32,000 nt of DNA, from the NCBI GenBank assembly GCA_050950785.1, contig JBMNIG010000007.1, positions 166,971 to 198,970 of the forward strand, written 5' to 3'. Position 1 is the first letter of the stretch. Every line of letters starts with the position of its first letter. The stretch comes from Eubacteriales bacterium (GTDB lineage: Bacteria > Bacillota > Clostridia > Oscillospirales > JAAYOS01). Under the pieces are notes generated by a model that saw nothing but the letters and a program-made list of their open reading frames with translations, ran no database searches and was not told the DNA's origin. The translations under genes and the position numbers were made by a program. Below, one piece after another: positions 16,406-24,894 of the stretch.

Positions 16406-17386
16406 ATGATAAAACTCAACAAACTAGGCTACTGCGGCATCATCACCAATTACTACTGTTCATCCAAGTGCCGGCATTGCATGTATGCAAGTTCGCCGCA
16501 GTGGCCAAAGGATTATATGGAAGCCAAGCAGGCGGACGAAATATTCAAGACTTTAAGAAAGTTTGGATGCAGCAGTGTCCACATAGGTGGCGGAGAGCCC
16601 TTGCTTCAACCGGAGAAGCTTCTGCCTGTTTTGAATGCGGCCGCAAAAAACAATGTTTACATAGAGTACATCGAAACGAACGCATCCTGGTACAAAGATG
16701 ACAGGCGAGCAGGAGAAGTGATAAGAAACCTTAAGCAGCATCATATACATACACTGCTGATTTCCATTGATCCTTTTCATAATGAGTATGTTCCGTTCAG
16801 CAAGGTAAAGGGTCTGATTGCTGCCTGTAATCGGCATGGCATGGAAGTCTTTCCTTGGCGGATGGAGTTTTGGGGTGATCTTGAAGCCGCCGGTGATGAT
16901 TCGGTTGTTCATTCCCTTGAGGAATATGAAGAGATTTTCCATAAGGATTACAAGCTCATGTTGGCAAAAAGATATGGATTAAACCCGCGGGGAAGAGCGT
17001 TGCAGACATATAAGGAGTACCTTGAGGATCAGCCTATTGAAGATATCCTTGATCATTCGTCCCCTTGTAGAGAGTTATTGGGAGTCAATCATTTTCACGT
17101 TGATTTATATGGTAATTTTGTTCCCCCGGCTTGCTCGGGTTTATCTTTAGATTTGAGAGATGCAGTAAGGGGTGTGGATCCCGAAAAGTACAAGGTATTT
17201 TGCGCTCTTGCCACAAACGGGATCAAAGGCCTTTATGATTTTGCCGTAGAACATCATGGGTATACACCGAAGGATTTATATAAAGGGAAATGCGACCTTT
17301 GTTACGATATACGTGAATATCTAGTGTTGGAGAAAAACCTCGAGTTGCCTGACCTACAGCCCATAGGCCACTACAAATATATGTAG
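16406..17386 (+). CDS. radical SAM protein, function unknown
   Basis: CX3CX2C cluster motif CSSKCRHC near the N-terminus, a GGGEPLL SAM-binding motif, and extra C-terminal cysteines (PPACSG, KGKCDLC). It starts 34 nt after the GNAT stop codon. GGAGG lies 10 nt upstream of the ATG at 16406. Confidence 0.85.
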   Translation: MIKLNKLGYCGIITNYYCSSKCRHCMYASSPQWPKDYMEAKQADEIFKTLRKFGCSSVHIGGGEPLLQPEKLLPVLNAAAKNNVYIEYIETNASWYKDDRRAGEVIRNLKQHHIHTLLISIDPFHNEYVPFSKVKGLIAACNRHGMEVFPWRMEFWGDLEAAGDDSVVHSLEEYEEIFHKDYKLMLAKRYGLNPRGRALQTYKEYLEDQPIEDILDHSSPCRELLGVNHFHVDLYGNFVPPACSGLSLDLRDAVRGVDPEKYKVFCALATNGIKGLYDFAVEHHGYTPKDLYKGKCDLCYDIREYLVLEKNLELPDLQPIGHYKYM

Positions 17387-17426
17387 CTAGAATGATATGT
17401 TTAAGGGCTTATTTCCATAAAATAAA

Positions 17427-17446
17427 GCGCCGGTCAATCCCGGCGC
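17427..17446. terminator. GC-rich hairpin after the radical SAM gene (a related third copy of the GCGCCGG hairpin motif)
   Basis: GCGCCGG (17427-17433), loop TCAATC, CCGGCGC (17440-17446). The flanks AATAAA...ATTCTATAATGG resemble the 10491 and 12193 repeats. Confidence 0.5.
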
Positions 17447-17467
17447 CATTCTATAATGGTTAGCAGA

Positions 17468-18067
17468 TTAGGAGGATATCTGCGTTAAATAGATCCACCA
17501 TCCTAAGCAGGCTATCATCGCGCCAATAATGTTTGCAATGGTATCACTCATAGTGTCCACTAAGCCCGGCGGTTGGATCGCTTTCTCAGGTTGGTGGTTA
17601 ACGACGGGGCTGTTCTTTTGCCAATGCTGATGGTCGGTGTGAAAAATGCTGTCAACTAGAAACTCGCAGACTTCCCAAATTTGATGTAAGGCTAGCGACA
17701 AAGCAAAACCAAATACCAAAGTACCGGCAAGTCCGACATCGGGTTCTTTATCGGCAAGAGTTATTCCAAATCCGAAGAATAGTATACCTGAGAGAAAGTG
17801 TACGATCCTATCCAACCAGGGGTGGGAATCATAATATCAATAACCTGTCCCAAGAAAAACGGCCAAGAAAAGAACAGTTTGGAATAAAAAAACCGTTAGG
17901 GTATCTAGTTGGATATCAATCAGGCTGAGCAGCCAAGGGATAAAGGTTAGTGCTAGTGTAATGGTGGCGAGAAAGATTTTTTTGTAATTTCGCTTAAATA
18001 GTTGTACAGCCGTCATTATCACCACTATTACCCGTATTAGGTTAGTATAATAGAATAAAAAACCCAT
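17468..18067 (-). pseudogene. polytopic membrane protein interrupted by a single in-frame TGA (possibly DUF2238/YjdF-like)
   Basis: Track ORFs 17837-18067 and 17468-17815 are in the same frame and separated only by the TGA at 17837-17839. Read-through gives ...FLGTGY*YYDSHPWLDRIVHFLSG..., a continuous hydrophobic protein of about 199 aa. The downstream piece has only a TTG start and no SD. Confidence 0.6.
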
Positions 18068-18287
18068 ACAAACACGTCCATTTTTATATTATCGGAACTC
18101 ACCGTGCAACCGTGCATCTATTATGCCCGATTCCTCCTAAAGGATTATATCAATACTTGTTTATTATTTGTCTAGGTTCATGGTAGATAAAAAGTACCAG
18201 GGAAGAGGTTTCTTAATCCTAAGATTACTCTCCGGTCGGTGTGAAATCATGGAATACGCGCAGTTTTTGAAAAGAGCGCAGGCAAAG

Positions 18288-19148
18288 CTAGACGCTGTTT
18301 TCAATTTCCTCTCCCGAAAGGAGTTTTTTTCTGTCGCTTCCGCGTTTAAGTATCTGGATGAGTTCAGTTTTATTATTAGTTTTGATGAGCTTGTTGAAAC
18401 AATGCAGGCGCTCTATCAAGCCTTCGATCTCAACAGAAAGATATTCGGAATTTTCAATAAAAAGTTCGGTCCACATATTTTCATTAAGTCGTGCGACCCT
18501 TGTCATATCCATAAAACTGCCGGCAGAAAAACCTTTATGCTCTAAAGCAGAATCACTCAGGATGTAAGCACTCGAAACAACATGCGCAAGCTGTGAAGTA
18601 AAGGCTATCATCTTATCATGTTGTTCCGGAGTTGCGTACTGGACGTGTCCAAAGCCAAGCTTCAGAAAGAACTTTCTGATTCTGTCTACAACATCAATTG
18701 CTGTACCAGTTACCGGTGTAAGAACCATGGATGCGCCTTGGAAAAGGTCGAGTTTTGAATACTCGAATCCGGAATACTCTATACCCGCCATAGGATGTCC
18801 ACCTATAAAGCAAAAGCCTGACTGCGATGCTATTGGCGCGATAGCTGATACAACCCCCGATTTTACTCCACAACAGTCTATAACTACAGAATCTCTTTTA
18901 AAGCGAGTAGCATTTTTTGTCACATATTCAATCGTGTCTCCGGGGTACAGTGCGATGATTACTATGTCGCAATAGCCTAAGCGCTCGTAAGTTAAACGCT
19001 CGTCAATGGCGTTTAGCATTAGCGCCTTCAGGGTTACTGGTTCAGATAAATCGTACCCCCACACAGTGTAGTCCGTGTTCTTCTTGATTGCTTTGGCGAG
19101 TGAACCGCCAATAAGCCCTAGACCAACGATTCCAATGTTCATTGACAT
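18288..19148 (-). CDS. tyrA: prephenate dehydrogenase
   Basis: MNIGIVGLGLIGGSLAKAIK Rossmann GxGxxG motif, GGHPMAG catalytic His motif, length 286 aa. GGAGGT SD lies 7 nt upstream of the ATG at 19148. Confidence 0.9.
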   Translation of the reverse strand: MSMNIGIVGLGLIGGSLAKAIKKNTDYTVWGYDLSEPVTLKALMLNAIDERLTYERLGYCDIVIIALYPGDTIEYVTKNATRFKRDSVVIDCCGVKSGVVSAIAPIASQSGFCFIGGHPMAGIEYSGFEYSKLDLFQGASMVLTPVTGTAIDVVDRIRKFFLKLGFGHVQYATPEQHDKMIAFTSQLAHVVSSAYILSDSALEHKGFSAGSFMDMTRVARLNENMWTELFIENSEYLSVEIEGLIERLHCFNKLIKTNNKTELIQILKRGSDRKKLLSGEEIENSV

Positions 19149-19180
19149 TTTTCATACCTCCACTTGTTGAATATAAATTG

Positions 19181-19216
19181 AATTAAAAAGACCCCACAGC
19201 GTTAGCTGTGGAGTCT
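19181..19216 (-). terminator. intrinsic terminator of the tyrA leader (attenuator)
   Basis: The minus strand reads AGACUCCACAGC-UAAC-GCUGUGGGGUCU, a 12-bp stem including one G-U pair (19216-19189), followed by UUUUAAUU (19188-19181). It lies 33 nt upstream of the tyrA start codon, between the leader ORF and tyrA. Confidence 0.7.
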
Positions 19217-19263
19217 GCTTTGGCTGAGTTACAATCAACCTATTGCGACCTGATACAAAGACT

Positions 19264-19368
19264 CTATCCTCTTCCAACAGCATAACGCAAATAAGCCTTA
19301 TCATAGTAATAGTAATAATAGACAAGGCTGAGATAATAATATGCTGCTGTTGCAAGACGGGTTATCAT
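19264..19368 (-). CDS. candidate Tyr-rich leader peptide (34 aa: MITRLATAAYYYLSLVYYYYYYDKAYLRYAVGRG)
   Basis: The ATG at 19368 has GGAGA 5 nt upstream. 11 of 34 codons are TAT/TAC, including runs of 3 and 6. This is the only one of the three frames with an ATG plus SD. The stop codon TAG (19264-19266) lies inside the proposed antiterminator arm. Confidence 0.6.
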   Translation of the reverse strand: MITRLATAAYYYLSLVYYYYYYDKAYLRYAVGRG

Positions 19369-19451
19369 ATTGTTCTCCATTTTATTTTGATGTAGTGGTA
19401 TTTATAGAGTAAGGTAATTTAATTTGAAGAGCTTAAGATATTTTAAGACAT

Positions 19452-19480
19452 AATATAGCACAGATGACTGAACTTGTAAA
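19452..19480 (-). promoter_or_regulatory. sigma-70-like promoter of the tyrA leader
   Basis: On the minus strand, TTTACA (19480-19475), a 17-nt spacer and TATATT (19457-19452) preceded by TGC (extended -10). Confidence 0.5.
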
Positions 19481-19518
19481 CCAGAAATTCAATTATTTAA
19501 CATATAAAAGCAAGAAGT

Positions 19519-19539
19519 CCCCCACCTCTAAGGTGGAGG
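19519..19539 (-). terminator. hairpin terminator downstream of the pseudouridine synthase gene
   Basis: The minus strand reads CCUCCACC-UUAGA-GGUGGGGG, an 8-bp stem with one G-U pair, followed by ACUUCUUGCUUUU. On the plus strand the same stem would carry a C-A mismatch, which favours minus-strand function. Confidence 0.45.
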
Positions 19540-19668
19540 ATGAATTGCATAGCGTTAAGCGGCGGGAGTACGTCACCTGATTAACTACAAGAATCATTAA
19601 AAGCGAAGAGAGGCCGTGAAGTGTAGATAGTTTGAACCTATTGACACGTGAGGCTAAAAAAGCGGTGT

Positions 19669-20586
19669 TCACATTTTACGAAGATCAAGAAAAGACTTCA
19701 TTGGTTCTCTGATTATTGGACAGTGAATGTCAATATTTTTATTATCGATTGAATGAAAGAACTGAAGTCTTTCTGCATGGAGCAGCTGTCCATGGATATT
19801 TAGCCGGTCTGAGATATCTTTTGACTCCTCATTGTTGTATATTTGGTCGCCGACAATTGGGTGGCCCAAAGCTGAACAATGTACCCGAAGCTGGTGTGTC
19901 CTGCCGGTTTCGGGTTCGAGTTTCAATATTGAAAAATTGCAGCCACTATACTGAACTAGATCTAGCAACTGATAATGCGTTATAGATTTTGCGCCGTCAC
20001 TTGAAACACCGCGCTTTATATTTCCGCTTTGCAAACGCAGAATGGGTAGGTTGATAGTACCGCTATTACCTATAACTCTTCCATGGGTAACGGCTAAATA
20101 TGTTTTTTTAGCAGATGCCAGTGGCTGTGAAAAAAGTGACTTTGTATACGCGTTTTTTGCAAAAAGGACAATTCCTGAAGTGTACCTATCAAGTCTATTC
20201 AAAGCGTGGCAAGTTGTTCCCCCTGAATCAGACAGGTAGCCAAGTACATAGCCCATCAATGTGTCAGTTAATTGTGAACGGGATGGATGTGTAAGCATAC
20301 CTTCGGGTTTATACACAGCAAGCAAAAAATCATCTTCATACAGAACTGTTAGTTCTCCGTACTCAACAGGAATTTCTTGAGGTGATTCGACCAAATCGAT
20401 GTTTGCAGTTACTAAGTCGCCTTCCCGGCAAATATAGTTTGTAAAGACAGGCGTGCCGTTAACACAAATGCCATCCACCAACTTCAACCGAGTAATCATC
20501 CTTTTTGATAATCCCATTTTATGTTTTAAGACGGTTTTGATTTCTTTGCCACCATCTTCTGAACCAATCAACTTATTAAGTATCAT
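19669..20586 (-). CDS. RluA family 23S rRNA pseudouridine synthase with an N-terminal S4-like domain
   Basis: Catalytic motif LNRLDRYTSGIVLFAKN (HRLDxxTSG-type) and C-terminal RTHQLRVH, at 305 aa. GGGAG SD is present. Confidence 0.9.
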   Translation of the reverse strand: MILNKLIGSEDGGKEIKTVLKHKMGLSKRMITRLKLVDGICVNGTPVFTNYICREGDLVTANIDLVESPQEIPVEYGELTVLYEDDFLLAVYKPEGMLTHPSRSQLTDTLMGYVLGYLSDSGGTTCHALNRLDRYTSGIVLFAKNAYTKSLFSQPLASAKKTYLAVTHGRVIGNSGTINLPILRLQSGNIKRGVSSDGAKSITHYQLLDLVQYSGCNFSILKLEPETGRTHQLRVHCSALGHPIVGDQIYNNEESKDISDRLNIHGQLLHAERLQFFHSIDNKNIDIHCPIIREPMKSFLDLRKM

Positions 20587-20771
20587 TAAAAAGTGCTCCC
20601 GCTTAATGTCGTTCGATGTTTTATTATTCTTTAACTTAGTCTATAACATATTGTATCATAGTCCGCAACAGAAGGGGCAGGGACATTGATATGAGCAGTC
20701 CGTTCAATTGGACACCAAGCATATTATAATTTACTTATGAAGGAAATTTTGTAACATATTTACGACAAACA

Positions 20772-20800
20772 TTGCAAATTCTGGTGCAGAACTGTATACT
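20772..20800 (+). promoter_or_regulatory. sigma-70-like promoter upstream of the GH2 gene
   Basis: TTGCAA (20772-20777), a 17-nt spacer and TATACT (20795-20800). Confidence 0.4.
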
Positions 20801-20870
20801 GATTCTAGTTGAAGGTGCGGGCATGGAGTAGGTGAAATGTTTCGGTATCAAGCGAGGGGGAGAAACGAAC

Positions 20871-23222
20871 ATGATTAGCATATGTGATAACTGGGAGTTT
20901 ACGCCCGAATGGACTGCAGAGTTTCTTGAGGGTAAAGGCGTAGCAGAAAAGGTGCGCATACCTCATACAGTGAAGGAGATCCCGATTCATTACGCGGGTC
21001 CTGAAGATTACGAGCTTTCTTGCGGTTACCGCCGGAGCCTTGATATTCCTGAGGATTACATGGGCAAGCGGCTGTTTTTACAATTTGACGGTGCTGCGCA
21101 TATTGCAACAGTTTACATAAACGGCGTTGAAGCAGCTACTCATCGATGCGGTTACACGGCCTTTAGAGTTGAAATAACCGAGTTGGTAAACTATGGCGGT
21201 GAAAATACCCTTGTTGTGAGGCTCGACTCAACAGAGAACAGCGCAATTCCTCCTTTTGGATTTGTCATAGATTATTTGACTTATGGAGGGTTGTATCGGG
21301 AGACTTGGCTGGATGTAAGGGATCAGATCTATATCGAGGATATTTATGTTACAACACCTACCCTCGACAGGGCAAATGTGAAGTTAACAATCAACGGAGA
21401 AGGGGAGTCAAGGCAGGCACTGGTTTGCATAATGGATGGTAACGAATGCCTTGCTGAAAAAAGCGGAATTGCCAAGTCAAACGGACTTACTGAGTTTGAT
21501 ATATCCGTGCCCGGTGTAGAGCCTTGGAATGTTGATAACCCTAAGATATATACTTGCTATATCTCACTAATGAACAGCGAAATTGTGACAGACAGTAAAT
21601 GCGTTACATTTGGTTTTAGGACCGCGGTATTCAAATCGGACGGTTTTTATTTGAACGGCAAGCGCACTTTTTTACGCGGTTTGAATCGTCACCAGAATTA
21701 TCCATACGTTGGCTATGCAGCGACGGAGCATCTGCAGCGGGAGGATGCTCGAATTCTAAAAGAAGAACTCCAATGCAATGCGGTTCGTACTTCCCACTAT
21801 CCACAAAGCAAACACTTTATAGACGAGTGTGACAGGCGAGGCATTCTTGTATTTACTGAACTTCCGGGTTGGCAGCACATTGGAGATGAGGCCTGGAAAG
21901 ATCAGGCATGTGAAAATGTACGGGAAATGGTACTACAGTACCGCAACCACCCAAGTATCATTACTTGGGGAGTCAGAATAAACGAAAGTCAAGATGACGA
22001 CGAGTTTTACAAACGCACAAACGCAATTGCCCGCGAGCTTGACCCAAGCCGGGCCACTTCAGGAGTGCGTTATATAGAGAAGAGCAGTCTCCTTGAGGAC
22101 GTATATTCATATAACGACTTTTCTCATACAGGTGACAACCCCGGCGTCAAACCGAAAAACACGGTAACACCGGACATGTCTAGAGCGCTAATAGTTACAG
22201 AGCATAATGGGCACATGTTTCCCACAAAGTCCTTTGATCCGTGGCAGAAGCGCCAGGAGCATGCTTTGCGACATGGTAGAGTTCTTGACGCGGCAATGGC
22301 CAGTGGGGAGCACGCCGGATGTTTTGGTTGGTGCATGTTTGACTATCCTACTCACAAGGATTTCGGTTCCGGTGATAGGGTGTGTTACCATGGGGTAATG
22401 GACGCGTTTCGCAACCCAAAGTTGGCCGCGGCTTTGTACGCAAGCCAGGGTGACGGCAGGCCCGTCCTTGAGGTTGGTTCAGCCATGGATATTGGAGATT
22501 ACCCTGGAGGGAAAATTGGCACAACATATATATTTACAAATGCGGACGAAGTTGAACTGTATAAAAACGAAAACTATGTCAAGACCTTTAAGCCTCACGG
22601 TTGGGCGGGATTAAAGCATGGACCAATACCGATCGATGATATGATAGGATGCTTATTGGAAACACAGGAAGGTTATCCTCCAAAGCAAGCCAAATTACTA
22701 AAGCAGTGCTTGGTCGCTGTTGCTGAGTATGGGATAGCGAATCTGCCGTCGGTATATAAGCTCAAAATGTTCTGGTGTATGAAAAGATATAAAATTGACT
22801 TTGACAAAGCTCTCGAGCTGTACAGTAAGTATGTCGGCAACTGGGGCGATGAAGCAATCGTGTGGCGTTTTGATGCAAAGCAGGAAGACAAAGTTGTGGC
22901 TACGTGTGTTCGCGGACCGGGCAAAGTTTTACATATAGAAGCAATACCAAGCCAGACAAAACTTTGTGAAGGGAACACCTATGATATGGCGGCTGTGCGA
23001 ATTAGAATCCTTGATGAGCATAATAACCTTGCCTGCTATGCGCAGCTTCCGGTAGAACTATCCCTTGAAGGTGCGGCAGAACTAGTAGGCCCCGCTGTTG
23101 TAACAGCAGAAGGCGGCATGTGTGGCACCTATTTGCGTACAATAGGAAAGCCCGGCAAGGCAACCCTTTGCATATCTACAAGTCAGACTGAATCGGTATC
23201 AATCGAATTTGAAATTGAGTAA
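20871..23222 (+). CDS. glycoside hydrolase family 2 protein (beta-galactosidase/beta-glucuronidase-like)
   Basis: N-terminal sugar-binding-domain pattern (DNWEF...), TIM-barrel motifs NAVRTSHYPQS and WGVRINES (acid/base Glu), length 783 aa. GGGGGAG SD precedes the ATG at 20871. Confidence 0.9.
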   Translation: MISICDNWEFTPEWTAEFLEGKGVAEKVRIPHTVKEIPIHYAGPEDYELSCGYRRSLDIPEDYMGKRLFLQFDGAAHIATVYINGVEAATHRCGYTAFRVEITELVNYGGENTLVVRLDSTENSAIPPFGFVIDYLTYGGLYRETWLDVRDQIYIEDIYVTTPTLDRANVKLTINGEGESRQALVCIMDGNECLAEKSGIAKSNGLTEFDISVPGVEPWNVDNPKIYTCYISLMNSEIVTDSKCVTFGFRTAVFKSDGFYLNGKRTFLRGLNRHQNYPYVGYAATEHLQREDARILKEELQCNAVRTSHYPQSKHFIDECDRRGILVFTELPGWQHIGDEAWKDQACENVREMVLQYRNHPSIITWGVRINESQDDDEFYKRTNAIARELDPSRATSGVRYIEKSSLLEDVYSYNDFSHTGDNPGVKPKNTVTPDMSRALIVTEHNGHMFPTKSFDPWQKRQEHALRHGRVLDAAMASGEHAGCFGWCMFDYPTHKDFGSGDRVCYHGVMDAFRNPKLAAALYASQGDGRPVLEVGSAMDIGDYPGGKIGTTYIFTNADEVELYKNENYVKTFKPHGWAGLKHGPIPIDDMIGCLLETQEGYPPKQAKLLKQCLVAVAEYGIANLPSVYKLKMFWCMKRYKIDFDKALELYSKYVGNWGDEAIVWRFDAKQEDKVVATCVRGPGKVLHIEAIPSQTKLCEGNTYDMAAVRIRILDEHNNLACYAQLPVELSLEGAAELVGPAVVTAEGGMCGTYLRTIGKPGKATLCISTSQTESVSIEFEIE

Positions 23223-23438
23223 TATTGAACTCCCCTTGCCTTTTGTAGTGTTTTTAAATGTCAAATAAGCCCAACCCTTATTGAGACACTACCATCTATT
23301 GGAATAATATTATGAAATCAAATTATACGATAAGGAAGGGCTAGTCTATGATTTATGAAATCATCCTTATTCCCATGGCCGGTGCAGTGTTTTGGAAAGG
23401 AGTTGATGTGCAGAACAAAATATAAGGAGAAATTCAAT

Positions 23439-24707
23439 ATGAAGATTGATCATCCTTTATGGCAAACTCTACGTTCTCTGAAAGGGAATCAGAGAGCTTG
23501 CGTTGTAGCGGAGCCATTATGGGCGATACCGGTTTATTTATACATTCCATTTGCCTCTATGTACATGGCGGCCATTGGATTGCTGGATCTACATATTGGC
23601 GTTGTTACTAGCGTGGGTTTAGCAGTACAGTTTCTTGCTTCATTGTTTTCGGGCGCAATTGTTGACAAATATGGAAGATGCAAATCAATGTTGATCTTCG
23701 GATTACTTAGCTGGGCCTTGCCTTGTTTGCTTTGGGCGGGCGCACAAAGTTATTGGTACTTTATTGTTGCTGCGGCCTTTAATGGTATATGGAGGGTATC
23801 CAGCAACAGTCACAGCTGTCTAATTATTGAAGACGGTGAAACTGGACACCTTATCAATATCTATACAATTTTTAGCCTTATCAGCTTAATTGCGGGATTC
23901 ATGTCGCCTGTGATGGGGATATTCATTGAACGGTTCACTCTTGTGCCAACCATGCGAGTCATGTATCTTGTGGCGCTAATAATGATGACAATTAAGTTTG
24001 TATTACAGTACCGTTTGATGGATGAGAGCAAAATAGGACTACAAAAAAGGGAAGAGTCTAAGGGACTTTCTCTCTTTTCGATAACCTTTGGTGGTTTCGG
24101 TAATTTTTTAGACACACTTAAGAAAACCAAGCTAATACTCTATGTAATATTAATGGCACTTATAACATGTTTCAATACAGTACAGTCAACATTCTGGCCA
24201 TTGTTTGTTAAAGCTTTTTATGGGGTGAACGATTCACTATTCTCGTTATTTCCTATGGTTAAAGCCGTTATAACGATTTTTGCTCATTTGTTTATTACCT
24301 CAAAAATAAGTCTCAACAAGACCAGACATCCTCTTTTGCTCGGGCTTGGTGCACAATTCTTAGGGTTGACCGTGTTATTGATTTGCTTGCCTTATGCTGA
24401 AACAGGGATATTGGCTGTATTCTTTTCGGCAATCTGTGAAGCGTTTGCCCTTGCCATAATTTTACCCACGAGCGAATCCATGATTTCTGTTGCGATTCCG
24501 GACAACGAGCGTGCTCGAATAATCAGCTTTATCACATCAATGATAGTGCTAATAAGCATCCCTGTAGGTTGGATAGCAGGTCGACTGTCACAGCTTAATA
24601 GAATGTTTCCACTGATTTTGAATTTGTGTTTTTTGATTGCTGAGGCTTTGATGGTGCTGATTATCACTAAAGTTCAAAGCAACAAAAAAGATGTTAGATT
24701 CCGTTGA
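23439..24707 (+). CDS. MFS transporter
   Basis: About 12 predicted hydrophobic helices and the loop motif GAIVDKYGRCK (a D-R/K-x-G-R-R/K-like MFS signature). AAGGAG SD precedes the ATG at 23439. It lies directly downstream of the GH2 gene. Confidence 0.85.
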   Translation: MKIDHPLWQTLRSLKGNQRACVVAEPLWAIPVYLYIPFASMYMAAIGLLDLHIGVVTSVGLAVQFLASLFSGAIVDKYGRCKSMLIFGLLSWALPCLLWAGAQSYWYFIVAAAFNGIWRVSSNSHSCLIIEDGETGHLINIYTIFSLISLIAGFMSPVMGIFIERFTLVPTMRVMYLVALIMMTIKFVLQYRLMDESKIGLQKREESKGLSLFSITFGGFGNFLDTLKKTKLILYVILMALITCFNTVQSTFWPLFVKAFYGVNDSLFSLFPMVKAVITIFAHLFITSKISLNKTRHPLLLGLGAQFLGLTVLLICLPYAETGILAVFFSAICEAFALAIILPTSESMISVAIPDNERARIISFITSMIVLISIPVGWIAGRLSQLNRMFPLILNLCFLIAEALMVLIITKVQSNKKDVRFR

Positions 24708-24719
24708 TTATCTAACATC
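24690..24719 (+). terminator. hairpin terminator overlapping the MFS stop codon
   Basis: GATGTTAGAT (24690-24699) pairs with ATCTAACATC (24710-24719) in a perfect 10-bp stem, followed by TTTAGTTT. Confidence 0.55.
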
Positions 24720-24894
24720 TTTAGTTTGGCTGATGAGCGTTCTGAAACTATTTGCCACTCCCCATTGACTAAAGCCAAGGGCGTTCGGCTAAAGTTCTTT
24801 GTAATTGTTTATTGCGAAGTAGTGCTACCACCGTCGATTAGCTATGTTAAATGAATGGAAGCATATTAGTGCGGGATCGTAGTATGGGTGGCAA

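Noticed and set aside
17837-17839. TGA as selenocysteine or as a sense codon (genetic code 4/25)
   Set aside because: I could find no convincing SECIS-like hairpin immediately 3' of the TGA. Several well-supported genes in this window terminate with TGA, so the standard code applies.
18168-18545. 125-aa plus-strand ORF, and other plus-strand ORFs at 18358-18567 and 18727-18975
   Set aside because: They are antisense shadows of the well-supported tyrA gene, with no SD and no recognisable motifs.
19152-19355. 67-aa minus-strand track ORF (MQQQHIIISALSIITITMIR...) covering the tyrA leader region
   Set aside because: It starts at a TTG with no SD. It runs through the terminator hairpin and the tyrA SD. 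It is the +1 frame of the (TAT)n-like tract, so its Ile/Thr richness is a by-product of that tract. The Tyr frame has an ATG plus GGAGA and a stop codon placed sensibly relative to the RNA structures.
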